Below, piece by piece: positions 51,603-64,000 of a DNA stretch of 64,000 nt (positions are counted from its first letter, which is position 1; every line of letters starts with the position of its first letter). The position numbers were made by a program, and so were the translations under genes. Below the pieces are notes generated by a model. That model saw only the letters and a list, made by a program, of their open reading frames with translations, did not search any database and was not told where the DNA came from. Source of the stretch: Lama glama (Eukaryota); contig CM052817.1 in the NCBI GenBank assembly GCA_028534125.1, positions 90,708,001-90,772,000 on the forward strand. Reading direction: 5' to 3'.

Positions 51603-53438
51603 AGAAAACTCTTAGATGTTGGTAGAAATGCAAATGAAATAAAGCTTGATCTTGAAGAGCTTAAAGTAAGTTTGTAGGAAAACATAGGTCCAAGAAATGA
51701 GTAAAAATAATCATAAATAACAAGTCAATTAGTGCAAGCCATGCTCTATTCATTGAGATGGAAGACTTTAGAAAAAAGGTGAGAATGGTTAATGATGGCG
51801 GTGGTATCACAGGTGAGCAATTCTCACAAGTAGATTGAGAATTACAACAGATCAAGACAGGCTTCATTTCAACTTGTCTGTATGCATAAGCAATGTCACT
51901 GGCAACAATGTTCATATTGAAAAGTGGACGAATAAAGCCAGGAAAATGACAACAGCCAGATTGTAAGAGTTTTCCCATGGCACATCAGCTTTGATCCAGA
52001 AGCACCTGAGTATTCAATCCCCCTCAGGAGGAGGAAAAGGAGAATCAGTGAACACAGGACAGGGTTAATATTAAAAATAAGTGGTCGCATCATTTGGAAA
52101 GATGAATTAAGATAAGGAAGAGCTTTTCCCAGAATCAGCAGGGAAAATTTATCTTTTATATCTGAGTTAAGAGAAGACTAGGAATTGTAGTAGATCATCA
52201 ATGTAACATATACCATCAAAGGGCGGCCGGGGAGAAGGAGAGTGTTGAGTAATGTCGTGGCTTGAGGTAAAATTTCAACAGGAAAATGTTTATTTTATTC
52301 CAGGACAGGAAATTTCAGACTTCCTAGCTTTTAACATAGGACTGAGAATAAACACCATAGGTTATGATTGCTAGATTCTATTTCAAATTCATAACAAGAA
52401 AATGGCCATAAAGTTATTTACATCCTTAGCTAGCTGCTCTTGTCATTTAAAGATCCTACAAGTCAAATTGCTATCCGCCTTTTCTTATTCAACTTTAAAC
52501 ATAAGGCAAAGATGGGATATTTATAAAGTTAACACAAAAGCATAAATAGGAGAAAACGTCAAAAATTTATCGTCACATTTTGGTGGTATGATAATAACAT
52601 TTTTAATGAAAAGAAGATAAAATTGAGAAAAAAGGAGATAAAATCACTTATTTATGATAAATGAAGACATAAAAACAATGGTAGGTTCTGTGTGTAAAAA
52701 TGGTATGTTCATTTCATCTCTTTTATATAAAAACTCACTGTGTTTCTAAGTAGACATAAGTAAAATCATATTAAATATCAATTATTCATCAATAAATATT
52801 AACCCTAGTGTAAAGTCAGAAGTAAGTACAAATGATTTTCCATCTTCTTTTCCTGCTACTAGATAAAAAAACACATTCTTTTTTAAATTACTATTCAATT
52901 TACAGTGAATATCAGAGTGCGTCTGCATTGTTATTGCAATCAGAGAATTTAATCAAACTGAAAAGAAAAAAAGAAGCAACAATTTTGTTTATCCTTCTGG
53001 AAGTTAAATGGCATGTGGAGAAATAGTTGCATTTTCTCTTTCTACCCTCCAACTCTGAAGTTCAGTTTTAACCTAATTTATTGATTCTACTTTATGGTGT
53101 TTCAATCCTTGATGAATCATCTCTCAGGGGCTTTGGCCTTGGAAAACAAGAACAATATCAAAAACTACAACCTGGAACCATTGCTAAGTATAAAAATTAG
53201 GCAATTCAAAGAGCAAGCAAACATTATCAAAAGGCACCAAGCAGATGAAATTTAGCTTATGTGCTCATTTCTTCTAGAGAGAACTTAAAGTAAAAGTCCT
53301 CTTTGTTTTAACGATAAAAGCACACTTTTTCTCAGTAGTGTTGTTTGGTGTCTGTTGATCCAATATGGCAGATAAAAAACTCTTAACTGTACAGTATTTG
53401 TCTCTGATAATTCCATCCAAAAGAGGGTGTAGGCTAAG

Positions 53439-53626
53439 GCAGTAGTCTCCAAACGTTCACTGTAGTTGCTTCAGAATCACCTGAAGGGCTTGTTAAATTC
53501 CTGCCAATCTCAGTGTTTCTGATTGAGTAGGTCTTAGGAGTGAGGGGGGACAGGATCCTTAGATTTTGTTTTCCCATAGATTCCTGCTAGGGCTGCTAGT
53601 TTTGGGACCACCCTCTATAAGCACTG
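53439..53626. mobile_element. MER5A
   Basis: CAGTAGTCTCCAAAC...TCAGAATCACCTGAAGGGCTTGTTAAA...GGGACCACCCTCTATAAGCACTG. Confidence 0.8.
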
Positions 53627-53995
53627 GACCAAGGGAACAGGAGACAAAGGAGACTGAAGAACTGAAATTTGTAAAGATTTAGGCTCCTCAGGATCCAGTT
53701 GAACAAAGAATTCCATCCAGGAATTTAACTAGTGATGAATGTGCTACACAGAGGGCAGTAAATATTTTCACATCTTTCTAGAAATGACCTAATCAATGCT
53801 TCCGAGATGTAATGTCTGAGATTAATTTCAGGCACCGAAGAGTCAGCTTTATTACCACAAAGAACTAAAGCTCAAGAATCAGAAGCAATGCTGGAAAATT
53901 TATTTGTCACCCCATTTACTCCGTTCCTTATCGTGTACTTCTTCAACAGACGTGCACATGTGTATAGACCCAAGTGCACCCTCCACCAGCCCCAT

Positions 53996-54330
53996 CAGTG
54001 GCAAACGGAGGGCAGGCACAAGAGTACAAGTGGGGGCCCGATACCATATCTAAACATCTAAAGTTAGAAATCTACCTTAAAAACTATTAGATAAAATACA
54101 TTATATTCACTTTGACAATTACACTTTCATAACAACTGGGCAGGCCACATTCTAAGTTGAGAGTATATTGACTCAGAGTTTTACACCTAAATACTCCAGA
54201 AGAGCCAGTTCCCATCCTACAAGTAACTCTCCCTCTCTTTCCAACTTCAGCTCTGACTTAGACTGTGAGGGGCCTGGAGATTTGTCTACACTCCACAGAA
54301 ACAGCTGCCACTCCTTGGGCCCACAGCATA
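53996..54330. mobile_element. hAT-Tip100-type relic (MER115/Zaphod-like)
   Basis: 'caagagtacaagtgggggcccgataccatatctaaacatctaaagttagaaatc' matches my recollection of that consensus. Confidence 0.5.
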
Positions 54331-54389
54331 GGTACTATGGCATGGTCTACCTTAGAACAGTGGTCCCATTCAATTGCAGGCTAAATGTC

Positions 54390-54733
54390 AGGGAGGGGTG
54401 AGTCATTCAAAGACTTGGCTGAGACCCGTAGATTCACTTTCCAGGCAGCTCACTCAGATGACTGACCTGTTGGTGCTGGCTCTTGCCTCAGTTTCTCCTC
54501 ACAGGGCCCTCTTCATAAGGCTGCTTGAAGGTCCTCACTACATGGTATGAGGCCAAGGCAAGAAGTCACAATGCTTTCTATGTGACTTAGTCTCAGAAGT
54601 CACACACCCTCATTTCCATCATATTCTGTTTGTCACAAAGTCAATCCTGATTCAAAATGGGAGGGGACAGTGCAAAAGCATGAATACCAAGAGGTGTGGC
54701 CCACTGAGGGCCATTTTGAACCCTAGCTACCAC
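54390..54733 (-). mobile_element. Old MLT1 (G/H-like) fragment
   Basis: 'agtctcagaagtcacac...catttccatcatattctgtttgtcac...catgaataccaagagg...ccattttgaaccctagctaccac'. Confidence 0.75.
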
Positions 54734-54857
54734 GGATGACCTCTGTGGACTCTACATTCTAAGATTTTATGATCAAAGGGAATTTAGAACAGTTATTAAT
54801 AATACCGAAATACATTCAGTTGAAAATAGACAATGTTCTAGGTGCATGAAAATCATC

Positions 54858-55364
54858 TGTAGTAGGCAAAATAATAGCCACCCCAAAAAGTCAACCTCCT
54901 GATTTCTAGAACCTGGGACTATGTTAGTTTACATGGGAAAAGAGACTGCAGACGGAACTAAGTTAAAGACCTGGAGATAGTGAAATTATTCTAGATTACT
55001 CAAGTTGGTCCAAACTAATCACATGAGTAGTTAAAGAGTCTTTTTTGGCTGTGGTCAGAGGGAAACTTGACAATGGAAGAGAGAATCAGAGACACAGAAA
55101 TATGAGAGCTCAGTTCCCTGTCACTGCTGAATTTAAAGATGGAGAAAGGGGCCAGTGATCTCCAGAAGCTGGAAAAGTCAAAAAAATGAATTCTCCCCTC
55201 ATGCCTCCACGAAGGAACCCAGCCCTAAGATGCCCTGACTTTGGCCCAGTGAGACTCATGTAGCTCTTTTGACCTACAGAATTGTAAGAAAAACATACAT
55301 TTGTGTTCTTTTAAACCACTAAGTTTGTGGCAGTTTGTTATAGTGGCAAGAGAAAACTGTAACT
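54858..55364 (+). mobile_element. MLT1D-like solo LTR
   Basis: TGTAGTAGGCAAAATAATAGCCACCCCAAA start and 'ccactaagtttgtggcagtttgttatagtggcaagagaaaact' end. Confidence 0.9.
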
Positions 55365-56059
55365 CTATTGCAACAGGGCAATTTAATTTTTAAAACACTT
55401 GATAACATTAAAATCTTGAATTAGTTCATCATTCAAGATAAGTATAGACTATTATCTAATGGAATTTGTGGCTGCTGTATCACCGGCATTATATTTTATT
55501 TCATTACATTAACACTCAAGTTTTGCCTTGAGACCAAACTGACAAAAATCATGATCTCCTGAGTTAGAAAATGTATTCCAGTGGAACTATTTTCAAGGGC
55601 ACATTCCACCTCTCGGGAGACTACACTGGGTTTCATTTATAACAACAATTCTTGTGGAAACTGTTAAAGGTAGATGAGATTTAGAAATTTCAAGGACAAG
55701 TTCTGAATGGAATAGAAGGTTGAGAACACCTACGTTAAAAAGGAATTTGATTGTATAAAAACGTGGTTGTACAAAAACACTTCAAGCTATTTAATGTCAT
55801 GGTCAGATTTAAATATTGGTAGGAAAAAAAGATGTTAACTTATTTGGCCAGTAAAATATACTTAATATTACTTATCATTTGTAATGTTTGCATTTGAATA
55901 CCAAACAGCAATACACTCTAAGGGCCTAGGGAAGCTGCCAGGTTTAAGACTTCATTATTGATCTCAGAACCTGGACAACCTAAATGAGAATACAGGAAAA
56001 ATATTAAACATTAAATTACAGTTAAAATTAGCAATAGAGGAGATGACAAACTACCAGAT

Positions 56060-57160
56060 GATGAATTTCCAAATAAATGACTCAGAATAAATTATATGGG
56101 ACTTCAAATGAAGGAAATGTGATTAAGTGAGACCATGATGGAGATGCTATTTTATCTGGGTTTTGAAAAGGGCAAGGAATTATATAGTAAGAGAAAAGAG
56201 GAAAGGAATTCTAAGTGGCTAATCTAGAGATAATAAAATGTCTATCATTATGCAAATACACTCTATTAGAATTATTGGTGATTTATTTAGGAATTCCTTA
56301 AGGATGAGAACGATGTCTCACTTCCATTTGTACTCCAGGATCTAGGAGAGTCCAAGGCATGTAGTGCAAACTCAATAAATATTTAGTGAGTGAAAGAGAC
56401 AACTTTTAGAATAGTGACGTTATTAAAAAAAATGTATTTTCACAAGATAAAACTAAAGACATTTTACAGAATGAACTGAAGTCCAAAAAGATGCTCAGAT
56501 GCCTGTTCAAAGGTTGTGTTAGCTTTCTGAGAAGAGAGAATCAAAACACGAACTGAAAGTTGGCAATGGGAAAGAAAAGACATAAGACATGCCAAGGAGG
56601 AGGAAATGATGGAACTCAGTATTGGGGTAAGGAAGGAGTTAAGATGAAATCTGACGCTCAGATCCTGAGTGACTATGAGAATATGCTGCAACTAACAAGG
56701 ATGAGGAAATGAAACTGAAAAGACAACTTTGAAATAAAGATTCTCAGTATGGTTTTTACATGTTAAGTATAAAACATATGAAATACATATGGACAGTGGG
56801 AGTGTGCTCCAAAAACTTGGATATATATTTGAAAGCTATGTGCACGTAAGGCATAATTGGAACCATGAAAAAGGATGAGATCACCACGTGAAATCATGGA
56901 AAGAAGAGTATAAGGATGCAACTTGGGAACCTCCCACATATAAGGAAATAAAAGACATAAGAGAAACTAGTAAGGGAGACAGAGAAACAACAGAGATGCC
57001 CAAGGGAGGCATGGGGAAGATAGGATATGTCCACCATTAGGGCCAAAGGCTTCTACAAGATAAAAGGAGACTTTGGATTGAGGAAGCGTTTTTGAATTTG
57101 TGTTAGATGGTGGCTTGTGACCCTTGAAAGAGTACTTTCAGAAGAATGATTAAGAGATAA
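56060..57160 (-). mobile_element. L2 fragment(s), with a sense L2 terminus at ~56290-56395
   Basis: 'ggatgagatcacc', 'gtggcttgtgacccttgaaagag' and 'ctcaataaatatttagtgagtgaa'. Confidence 0.55.
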
Positions 57161-60100
57161 ATAAATATTGCATATCTTTTTGCTTCTGAAACTTATTAAC
57201 TCAAAAGTTAACATATTGAAACTACAGTAACAGGGCTCTCCACAGGTATCCAATATCCCATCACACTCCCTCCTCCTCGTAGCTTCTCCTAGGTGGATAT
57301 CCAAAGTAGTCTAATTAGTTGCAGGTTAGTGAAGCAGCTAATGATCAAAATACTCACCCATACAAGGTAAGGTGTATATAATGGGGAGGGGTGCCTATAC
57401 CTTGAACCTTAAATCCAGTGAACTGACAACAGAAAGGATCTAGGAATCTCTGTTTCATCCTGGTGAGGACAGAGATCTATGATCTGTGTGGACCCAAGTC
57501 TCCTTACATAGAGAATTCAAGTCACTGTGGGCATTTCCTCATTCTTTGAGGGATACCTAATGTCTCACCCACGGAGGAAAGGGAGTAGGCACCACCATTC
57601 AAAAATCAGGGCAGCAACATTTGTCCGTGATATACCCATGATGCAGATAGAGGTAGTTTCTTCTAAGATAAGCACTGACTTTGCCAAATTTACATTAAGG
57701 GTTTATAGTAAGGCTGGAACATGTTAAACTAGCACAACTATGGGTTCAAAAAGATGTCTCTCATATGCCAGCAGATAAACCACGCTGCCTCCGCTCACGC
57801 TGACATTTTTGTCAACACACTCTGCTAATTATTCAGGATAACATTTTTCATAATTGGCAAGGCCGTGCCCCCTACGTGGACTTTCTCAGTGAATGTTGAA
57901 AATTGCTAAATACAATTTATGTAATTTATTTTTGTCAGTGACCTTATTGCTTCCACTGCTGAACTGTGTTTGTTGGTAGATGCGTGTATGAAAATGCAGG
58001 CTTGACTTTTTCAAGAAAGAAGTTATATAACTCTATACTTCATAAATTTAACAACCGAAATGTTATCTGTAATAAGTGTTTCTGGGAAACACTGTTTTAC
58101 CACTGACTGGTTTGATGGGGGTTGATTAGATCATGGTTTTTCATCTCTGTGTTGTTACTGATACTGGCTCCATTCCAGTTGGCAGCAAAGGTGCCTAAAC
58201 ACTCACAAACGAAAATTACCCATAAAACCTGTGACAGGGTTCCCTGGGTTCAGAGCTACAGATCACTGCTCATCTGGATGGGTTGTTGCAGCTGAGTTTA
58301 TAATGTCACATCCCTTGTAAACATGATACACCTGTCTTTCTGTTTAACAGACAGTTTTTGGAAGCTGAAGCATTTATTTTCTCCCAGAACTCAGCAGCGA
58401 CGCATTATTTACTGATACTGAACCTGGGAGTCTTGAATACTTTCCAAGATTTCCATTCTTTTCTCTTTAGGTGCAATAATCCTTTACTTCAACTTCAATA
58501 AGCTAGCAGAAAAATCAGTTTTGTTTTGACGTAAGGGGGAATTAAAAGGGGGGACACTGAGAGAATCAAAGTTTTGATATTCTTGTTATCTGTTCAGAGA
58601 TTCCAGACAGGGATTTGTAACTATTTTCACATTTCACACGTTGAGAGTCACTTTCACTATTAGTGTTACAGAGGATCCATCACCAAACTATCTGTGAGCA
58701 CCCACTATATGCAAGACTCTCTGTAACACGCTTGCCAAGTTACAAAGGGGTGTGTCACTGCTGTCGTCCTGCTCCAGAAGGGCTTATAACCACTTGGAGA
58801 GGATGGATATGCATGAAAAGATGCTAAACTGGACAGTGGATAGGTTTCAATCACATGCAAGGTGGGAATAAAGCTAATGATGAACAGCAAGTCCCTGCGT
58901 CCACAGGAAGCAGGGATGGAGTCCACTCTTTGATTTAAGGCCTGAGCGGCCACCCACTCAGCCAATCACTGGTTCCTACTGTACCCCTCACTTCAAAATC
59001 ATTCATTTCAAATGAATCACTTTATTAGTTAGGCCTCAGGATTTATCTCCAGACATGACCACAAAATATATATCAGATGTTCTGCTCTCCACCCCAGTGT
59101 TCTTCTGCTAAGTCTCAAATAGACTCCCATTCCTAAGGCATATATTATATCTACACTCATCTTTACTCTTTCTGGATGTACCAGCCAAAATAATCACACG
59201 GGGAGGAAACATGAACGACAATACTCAAACACTGTTAGGGCATCTGGAGTCAGAGATCGAGTAATTTTCGGAACAAAACTCCTGGACGTGTATCATCCTA
59301 ATTACGGTTCATATGAAGTGGTTTAAAGCAACAATATAGGAGACAAACAGTTAATGAAGAAAACACATTTTCTCTATGACCAAAGGACTTACCTCCCATA
59401 ATCTGATATTGATGGATGAAAAATTGCCTTGATCTTTTCATAGTTTATTCACTTCACTTCCTGTACCTTTATGGAGTACCTACTATATGCCCAGTTCTAT
59501 GGTAGGTACCAGGAAGACAACGAACCAGTCCCTGCACCCTGGAGTCTACAGTCTGGGGGGCAAGACAGACAGGAAAATATGCTACAGAATATATGTGTGC
59601 AATTCTTCAAAAGCACAGAACAAGAAGAAAGGAGGAAAACCAATGGGAGAGGGATCATCCTTTAGTTGAATTTGAGAAAGATAAACAGAAGAAAAAGAAC
59701 ATAGCAGGAAAAGAGACAGTACATGTTTTATAGGTTCACATGGACCCAGAAAATAGTACCCCTTAACCCCAAACGAGAACTGAAAAATAATCCAAAGAAG
59801 ACAGCAGATGGGAGCCAAAAAGAAAATCTTTATTATCAAAGAAGCCTTGGGTGAATGATACAGGTTGCACCTGTGGGCAGTGGACACTGCGAGTGAGTCG
59901 GACAGACTTACTTCTCCAGTCACAGGCAATGCTGCACTGTGAGAACACGGGGAGTGAAGAAGACCTGCAAGCTCCCAAGAAAAGTAGAGAAAACAAGGAG
60001 AAGGGGCTGGCAGATTCACGCTCAGCTTCTCTTTCCAAACCCCCAGTTGGAAAAGTCACACTTCACCCTCCCTGGAGTGATAGGTGTGAGGGCACAAAGA

Positions 60101-60890
60101 GAGGTCAGAAATGTTACTCTAGCAGATCTGCCTCCATATTCATAGATACACTAGGAGCGGGAAGAAACATTCCTCCCTCATACTGTGAAAATGCACAGAC
60201 ATGAGAGAGCATGGCCTGAAACCCCAAGTAATTTGACATGGCCGAACCAAAGGGTATGTAAACAGATGCAGCGGAGAATGAGACTGCTGGGGGCTCAGTA
60301 GCCAAGAGCTGGAAACAAGAAGCCAGGAATTCTCTGTATTTAATGCCTCAGTGCCTACCCTGTCCCCAATACCATCAACCCATTCCTACTCCAAATCTAA
60401 TCAGTTTCAATATTTTGCTGTAACTATATGTTGGTGATGCTATGAATCTGTGGGAAATACACAATTAACCATAAGTCAGCAGGCAGGGTAAATGGCTAAA
60501 TGATGGAAACAGTATGAACACTACTCACTAGAAGCAGCAGACTATCCCTTTTGCCTGTCTATTCATTTTTATGTCTTCTATAGTGTTACTCTGAGGGTTT
60601 GAAAGTAGTATAGAGTTACAGTACTGTACTCCACATCTAAAAATGATCATTCCCAAGAGTCTATATGAACGGATTTTTTAAGTTATTAATTATTAAATGT
60701 CTTGTGAAAGATCAATTGTGTCAATGCATTTCCTCTTAATATCCTGCAAAATCAAGATTTCAATTTGAGGAACAGAAACGAGTCTCTGAAGGAATTGAGT
60801 GACATTAAAACAATTGTTTGTGATTAACTCCATCATTAAGATGAGTATATTAAAATATTCTGTCTTGCTTTATCTATAAAAGATAATCTA

Positions 60891-62268
60891 CAAGTCAAAA
60901 CCACAATGAGGTATCACCTAACCCCTATTAGAATGGCCATCATCGAAAAGAAAGGAGACAAGTGTTGACAAGGCTGTTGAGAAAAGGGAACCCTTGTGCA
61001 TTGTTGATGGGAATGTAAATTGGTGCAACCACTGTGGAAAACAGTATAGGTTACTCAAAAAATTAAAAGAAGAGCTAACATATACTTGAGCAATCCCACT
61101 CTGGATATATATTCAAAGGAAATGAAATCACTATCTTAAAGAAAAAGATAAATCTGCATCCCTATGTTCACTGCAGCATTCTTTACAATAGTTAAGATAT
61201 GGAAACAATCTAAGTGTCCACTGAAAGATAAATGGACTTCAAACAGTGATACAGATAGATATAGATATACACACACAATGGAGTATTATTCAATCATCAA
61301 AAAGTAGGAAATCTTGTCTTGAGGCAATATGAATGGACTTTGAGGACATTATGCTAAGTGAAATAAGACACAAAAACACAATTCCTATGTAATATGGTAT
61401 GACCTCATTATATATGGAATCTAAAATAACTTACACAATCAGAGAACAGATTGCCAGATGTGGGGGATGAGGGTGGGAAATGGGTGAAGGTCAAAAGATA
61501 CATGAATGAAAAATATTGCCAGCCATATCAGTAAACAAAGGATGCTGTGTCCATCAAGTCACCAGCCACTACTGCCACCCCCTTGACAGTGAGCAGAGGG
61601 AATCAGGATATGAACAAGCAGGCAGCCTGGTCTCTGCAGCCACCCCCCAACCAGACACCCTGAGGGAATTCAAAATGTGAAGGAGCAGGATACCTGACAG
61701 CTAGGTGCATATCAAAGGAATGATTTCAGTGAGCCCAGATCTTAGCACCTTCCCATATGTAGAAAAGTGCTATATTCTTTAACTTGAGGTAACTGGTTTT
61801 CTTTAATCAACAGTAATCTTTTGATGTTCCGACCACCTGGTCTTTGTTGCAAAAACTCATATATCCTGGCTTCTACCTTGCCACTTTGCAACACCCTCTT
61901 AGAGCGATCTGAGATGCTGTGTCCTGGGCTGAGTCCTCAGGAAATCCACCGAGTAAAATGTAACTCTCAACTCTTAGGTTGTGCACTGATTTCAGTCAAC
62001 AGATATAAACTTCCAGTTACAAGATAAGTAAGCTCTGGTGACAACAGTCCACAAGACTGTATTATATATTTGCAAGTTGCTAAGAGAATTGATCTTAAAA
62101 GTTCTTATTATAAGAAAAAATAGTATACGTGAGGTGATGAATGTTAACTAAACTTATTGTAGTGATCGTTTCTCAATATATACATATATCAACTCATTAT
62201 GTTATACACCTAAAACTAATATGATGCTCCATGTTAATTATATCTCAATAAAACTGGGGGAAAAGTTT
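60891..62268 (+). mobile_element. L1MA9-like 3' portion interrupted by an LTR
   Basis: Perfect 14-bp TSD TAAAAGATAATCTA at 60877-60890 and 62269-62282. Ends 'tatatctcaataaaactgggggaaaa'. Confidence 0.93.
61503..62001 (+). mobile_element. Artiodactyl ERV solo LTR (ALTR2-like) nested in L1
   Basis: TGAATGAAAAATATTGCC...CAGTCAACA. Flanks GATACA/GATATA. Host L1 'aaaa-gataca-aacttccagtta' is restored when the LTR is removed. Confidence 0.88.
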
Positions 62269-62590
62269 TAAAAGATAATCTAGAAGGCCTGAACCAAAAA
62301 TTCATATATATATGTGTGTGTGTATATATATCTTACACACATACATATGCAAGTAATAGACTGAGATACCTTAAGTTGTTTTCAGAACAAAATAAGAATA
62401 TAAGTATAAACATAAATATATAAACACAAACACCAAATAGGAAGCAAAATCTTCCTAGCAATGGTCCTCTGTCGTTTCTCTATCCAGTGAATTAAAATTG
62501 TATCAGCCTGCAGTTTCTCCTCTAATGGTGCTCAAATGTCCTGAAAAAAAACAATGGAAGGGTGCCTTTGCTTGCATAGTGTCACCTCAC

Positions 62591-62782
62591 CTTAAAATCG
62601 CTGCCTTGCTCCTCTCTACTCTGCGTGGCTAGCGGACTCCTTTGATTCCTGCTGCTGCAGTTCCTGCTTGTTCGCAGGCTTGTTTGATCACTCGGGGCAC
62701 AGCAGAGCAGCATGGAGCTGTTGCCTTTTTGGCACAGGTTTCATATTCAACAGTGGGTGGTTTCTCACCAGTTTGGCTCTTG
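62591..62782 (-). other. Candidate exon of an unidentified minus-strand transcript
   Basis: Branch-like ACTAAC about 25-30 nt upstream of TCCTAAAG|, donor AAG|GTGAGG, raised GC/CpG content, non-repetitive. Confidence 0.35.
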
Positions 62783-64000
62783 CTTTAGGACAATGAGTGA
62801 CAAGATGTTAGTTCACACAGCACGACTTATGTAACTTACAAAAGAAAAAAGCTCGGGCTGGAGGTTTGTTCTGCAAATCAGCAAGATTTTCAGAACAAGA
62901 ATAAAAGTCTTTTCCCAGCATCCAAAGATAAAGATGACTTGGCCAAACCAATACAGGGCAATCCAGTCAAGAGAATGAGCCAATGTGGAGAATGTCATTT
63001 TTAGGTTGATTCCATTCAAAATAGCCAATCTAGGACCCTGGAAGAAGATGTCTTTTGAGGAGGGTTGAAAACAGCAAATATTATTTATCAAGGGTATTCA
63101 TTTTTTGAAATAGTAGCCATGTTAATATAATGAATGTTAACCTAGAAAAAATGTCTATCACAGAGTTTCAAGAAATCAAAAATTACATACCATAATTCTG
63201 CATAAACCTGAAAAAACTCATGTAAGTGCTTGTCTGCTGCTTAGAAATTTCAGCTTCATTAACAACGGTTGTTAGAAAATCAAACATCCCTCAAGAAGAT
63301 AGCTCTAAAATAGTTGTTCTTTGAGAACTCATGCTTTGGGGTTGTGATTTATTATCACAAATCAAAGAATAAACTTCCTGAGACATCATACAATGTGTCA
63401 CAGTGCAGGGTCTAGATTTCTCAATGAATCATAGCCCTTTGCTATCTAGAAATAGTCACATTGCAAACAAGATTTCTCAGATTGTCCAATGTTTGGTTAC
63501 CGTGTTATTCATGAATTTAAAGAAAAAAACAAATAAAAATAGAGTGTGTGTATCCCTCCAGGATCTCAAATGCAAATCTCAATATACTTTCTTATAATTA
63601 GGTGTCAAGGGGGCAATTTCCCCCCAAATTTAAGAAGCCAGTTAGGTTTTACCAGGCAATTTACAGTCCAGTCCCTCTCCCCACCAGTCATACATATATC
63701 CATTTTTATGATGGCTTCCCACTGCAATGATAGACCTGTAGGATTCCTTCCACCTCTACCTCTAAGAAGTTAAAATTTTTCACACAGCTTTGAAAATACA
63801 GTAAAAATAAAATCATTTCCACAACAATTCTACAATTTAATTTTTCAAAATGTGACTAGCACAGAGGTCAAATACATTGAAATACCAACCAAAAATGGTT
63901 TTAGTAAGCGAAAAGCAAATGACCATCCTATATATTGCAAGGTTCTGTTTTTCTAAGCCTGAAAAAGTATTAGAAGGGTTACTAGCTGTAAATACAGTGT

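Noticed and set aside
17566..58090. Scattered TTCnnnGAA (GAS) motifs
   Set aside because: A motif with six fixed bases is expected many times by chance in 64 kb, and I noticed no clustering.
58316..58335. TGTAAACAT resembling the miR-30 5' end
   Set aside because: The match stops after 9 nt and I see no complementary hairpin arm.
59582..60204. Overlapping 98-145-aa ORFs on both strands
   Set aside because: No recognisable homology. Consistent with chance in purine-skewed sequence.
1..64000. CRISPR arrays, operons, rRNA or other prokaryote-type systems
   Set aside because: The sequence is mammalian, and I saw no regularly spaced repeat-spacer array or gene-dense segment.

Overview
This is AT-rich, repeat-dense mammalian genomic DNA, either intergenic or deep intronic. 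A tRNA-derived SINE at 13687-13825 looks like the camelid Vic-1 type, and the young L1 3' ends are artiodactyl-style, so the source is probably a camel, alpaca or llama (recognised from memory, not searched). I cannot support any protein-coding gene. The ORF track consists of short chance ORFs, L1 ORF2 remnants and artefacts running across a 500-N assembly gap (43464-43963). The window is mainly a layered transposon record: ancient CR1/L3 reverse-transcriptase fossils, L2/MIR, MLT1/MLT2 LTRs, MER DNA transposons, seven ERV solo LTRs (one family x3, one x2, two singletons) and at least eight L1 pieces, several with clear target-site duplications (TSDs). The best-supported unusual structure is a young L1 at 43233-44122 with a perfect 15-bp TSD, a 3' transduction and a twin-priming 5' inversion. 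Several repeat-free, CpG-retaining islands carry splice-site-bounded, apparently non-coding exon candidates (mostly on the minus strand) and transcription-factor motif clusters. These may mark a spliced lncRNA or 5'UTR and enhancers, which is inference only. I found no convincing evidence of a wholly new biological system. Repeat subfamily names are from memory, and boundaries without a TSD are approximate.
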